This document shows positions 63,778-64,000 of a DNA stretch of 64,000 nt, piece by piece. Each line of letters opens with the position of its first letter. Position 1 is the stretch's first letter. The stretch lies in assembly GCA_025201805.1 (NCBI GenBank), contig MU619362.1, forward strand, positions 1-64,000. The letters run 5' to 3'. The translations under genes were made by a program, and so were the position numbers. The stretch comes from Parasitella parasitica NRRL 2501. Lineage: Eukaryota; Fungi; Mucoromycota. Below the pieces are notes generated by a model. It saw only the letters and a list, made by a program, of their open reading frames with translations. It was not told where the DNA came from and made no database searches.

Positions 63778-64000
63778 TTATTCCAATAAGCTGTAACGAG
63801 GCACACTGGAAGAGCCTATGTAACTAAAGGCGTCCTGGTGCGTACGAGTGGATTTGCTGATGGTGATTGAAGTGCGTCTTTCATGGTTGAATGATGAAAA
63901 GAAGGGGTCCAGCAATGGAGATGTTGGTGGCGAACAAAGAGGACTGGAGCTGGTGCTTGAAGCAGCACTAGAGTGCTTGCCGTTGAAGTCTTGAATGCGA
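63778..64000 (-). CDS. 3' end of a Ser-rich protein gene running off the window
   Basis: Open frame RIQDFNGKHSSAASSTSSSPLCSPPTSP...PRYSLLE then TAA. Confidence 0.55.
   Translation of the reverse strand, partial: RIQDFNGKHSSAASSTSSSPLCSPPTSPLLDPFFSSFNHERRTSITISKSTRTHQDAFSYIGSSSVPRYSLLE

Overview
Eukaryotic, AT-rich, intron-containing DNA with many homopolymer runs. The gene set, the LINE ORF1 family and the 18S fragment point to a Mucorales-type fungus (inference). Two transposon-rich islands frame a core of about 20 mostly spliced genes. Left island (1-9.1 kb): a disrupted Crypton (tyrosine recombinase + GCR1_C), a Helitron remnant, and a 4.3-kb TIR-bounded DD34E Tc1/IS630-like element carrying two extra ORFs. 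Core and right end: GPI-anchored secreted protein, WDR7-like, GSK3, USP, CHCH-like protein, AP180/ANTH, GCP4, MTC1, SDR, expansin-like protein, DUF3605, RNF216-like RBR ligase, polyQ bZIP, Puf1/2, Yippee, OLA1, Rax1-like, malic enzyme, an F-box pseudogene and a small zinc-finger ORF. Right island (about 51-57.2 kb) lies just upstream of a tRNA-Ala(AGC) gene. It holds inverted LTR-like copies, a degenerate 18S rRNA 5' fragment, and an L1-like LINE with intact ORF1 and APE endonuclease joined by a TAATG stop-start but no RT. The best candidate for an undescribed system is this LINE, whose 5' end faces the tRNA gene in a TRE5-like geometry, possibly a tRNA-targeted retrotransposon. Second is the cargo-carrying Tc1-like element. 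Exon boundaries were read by eye and are approximate. No database searches were run.
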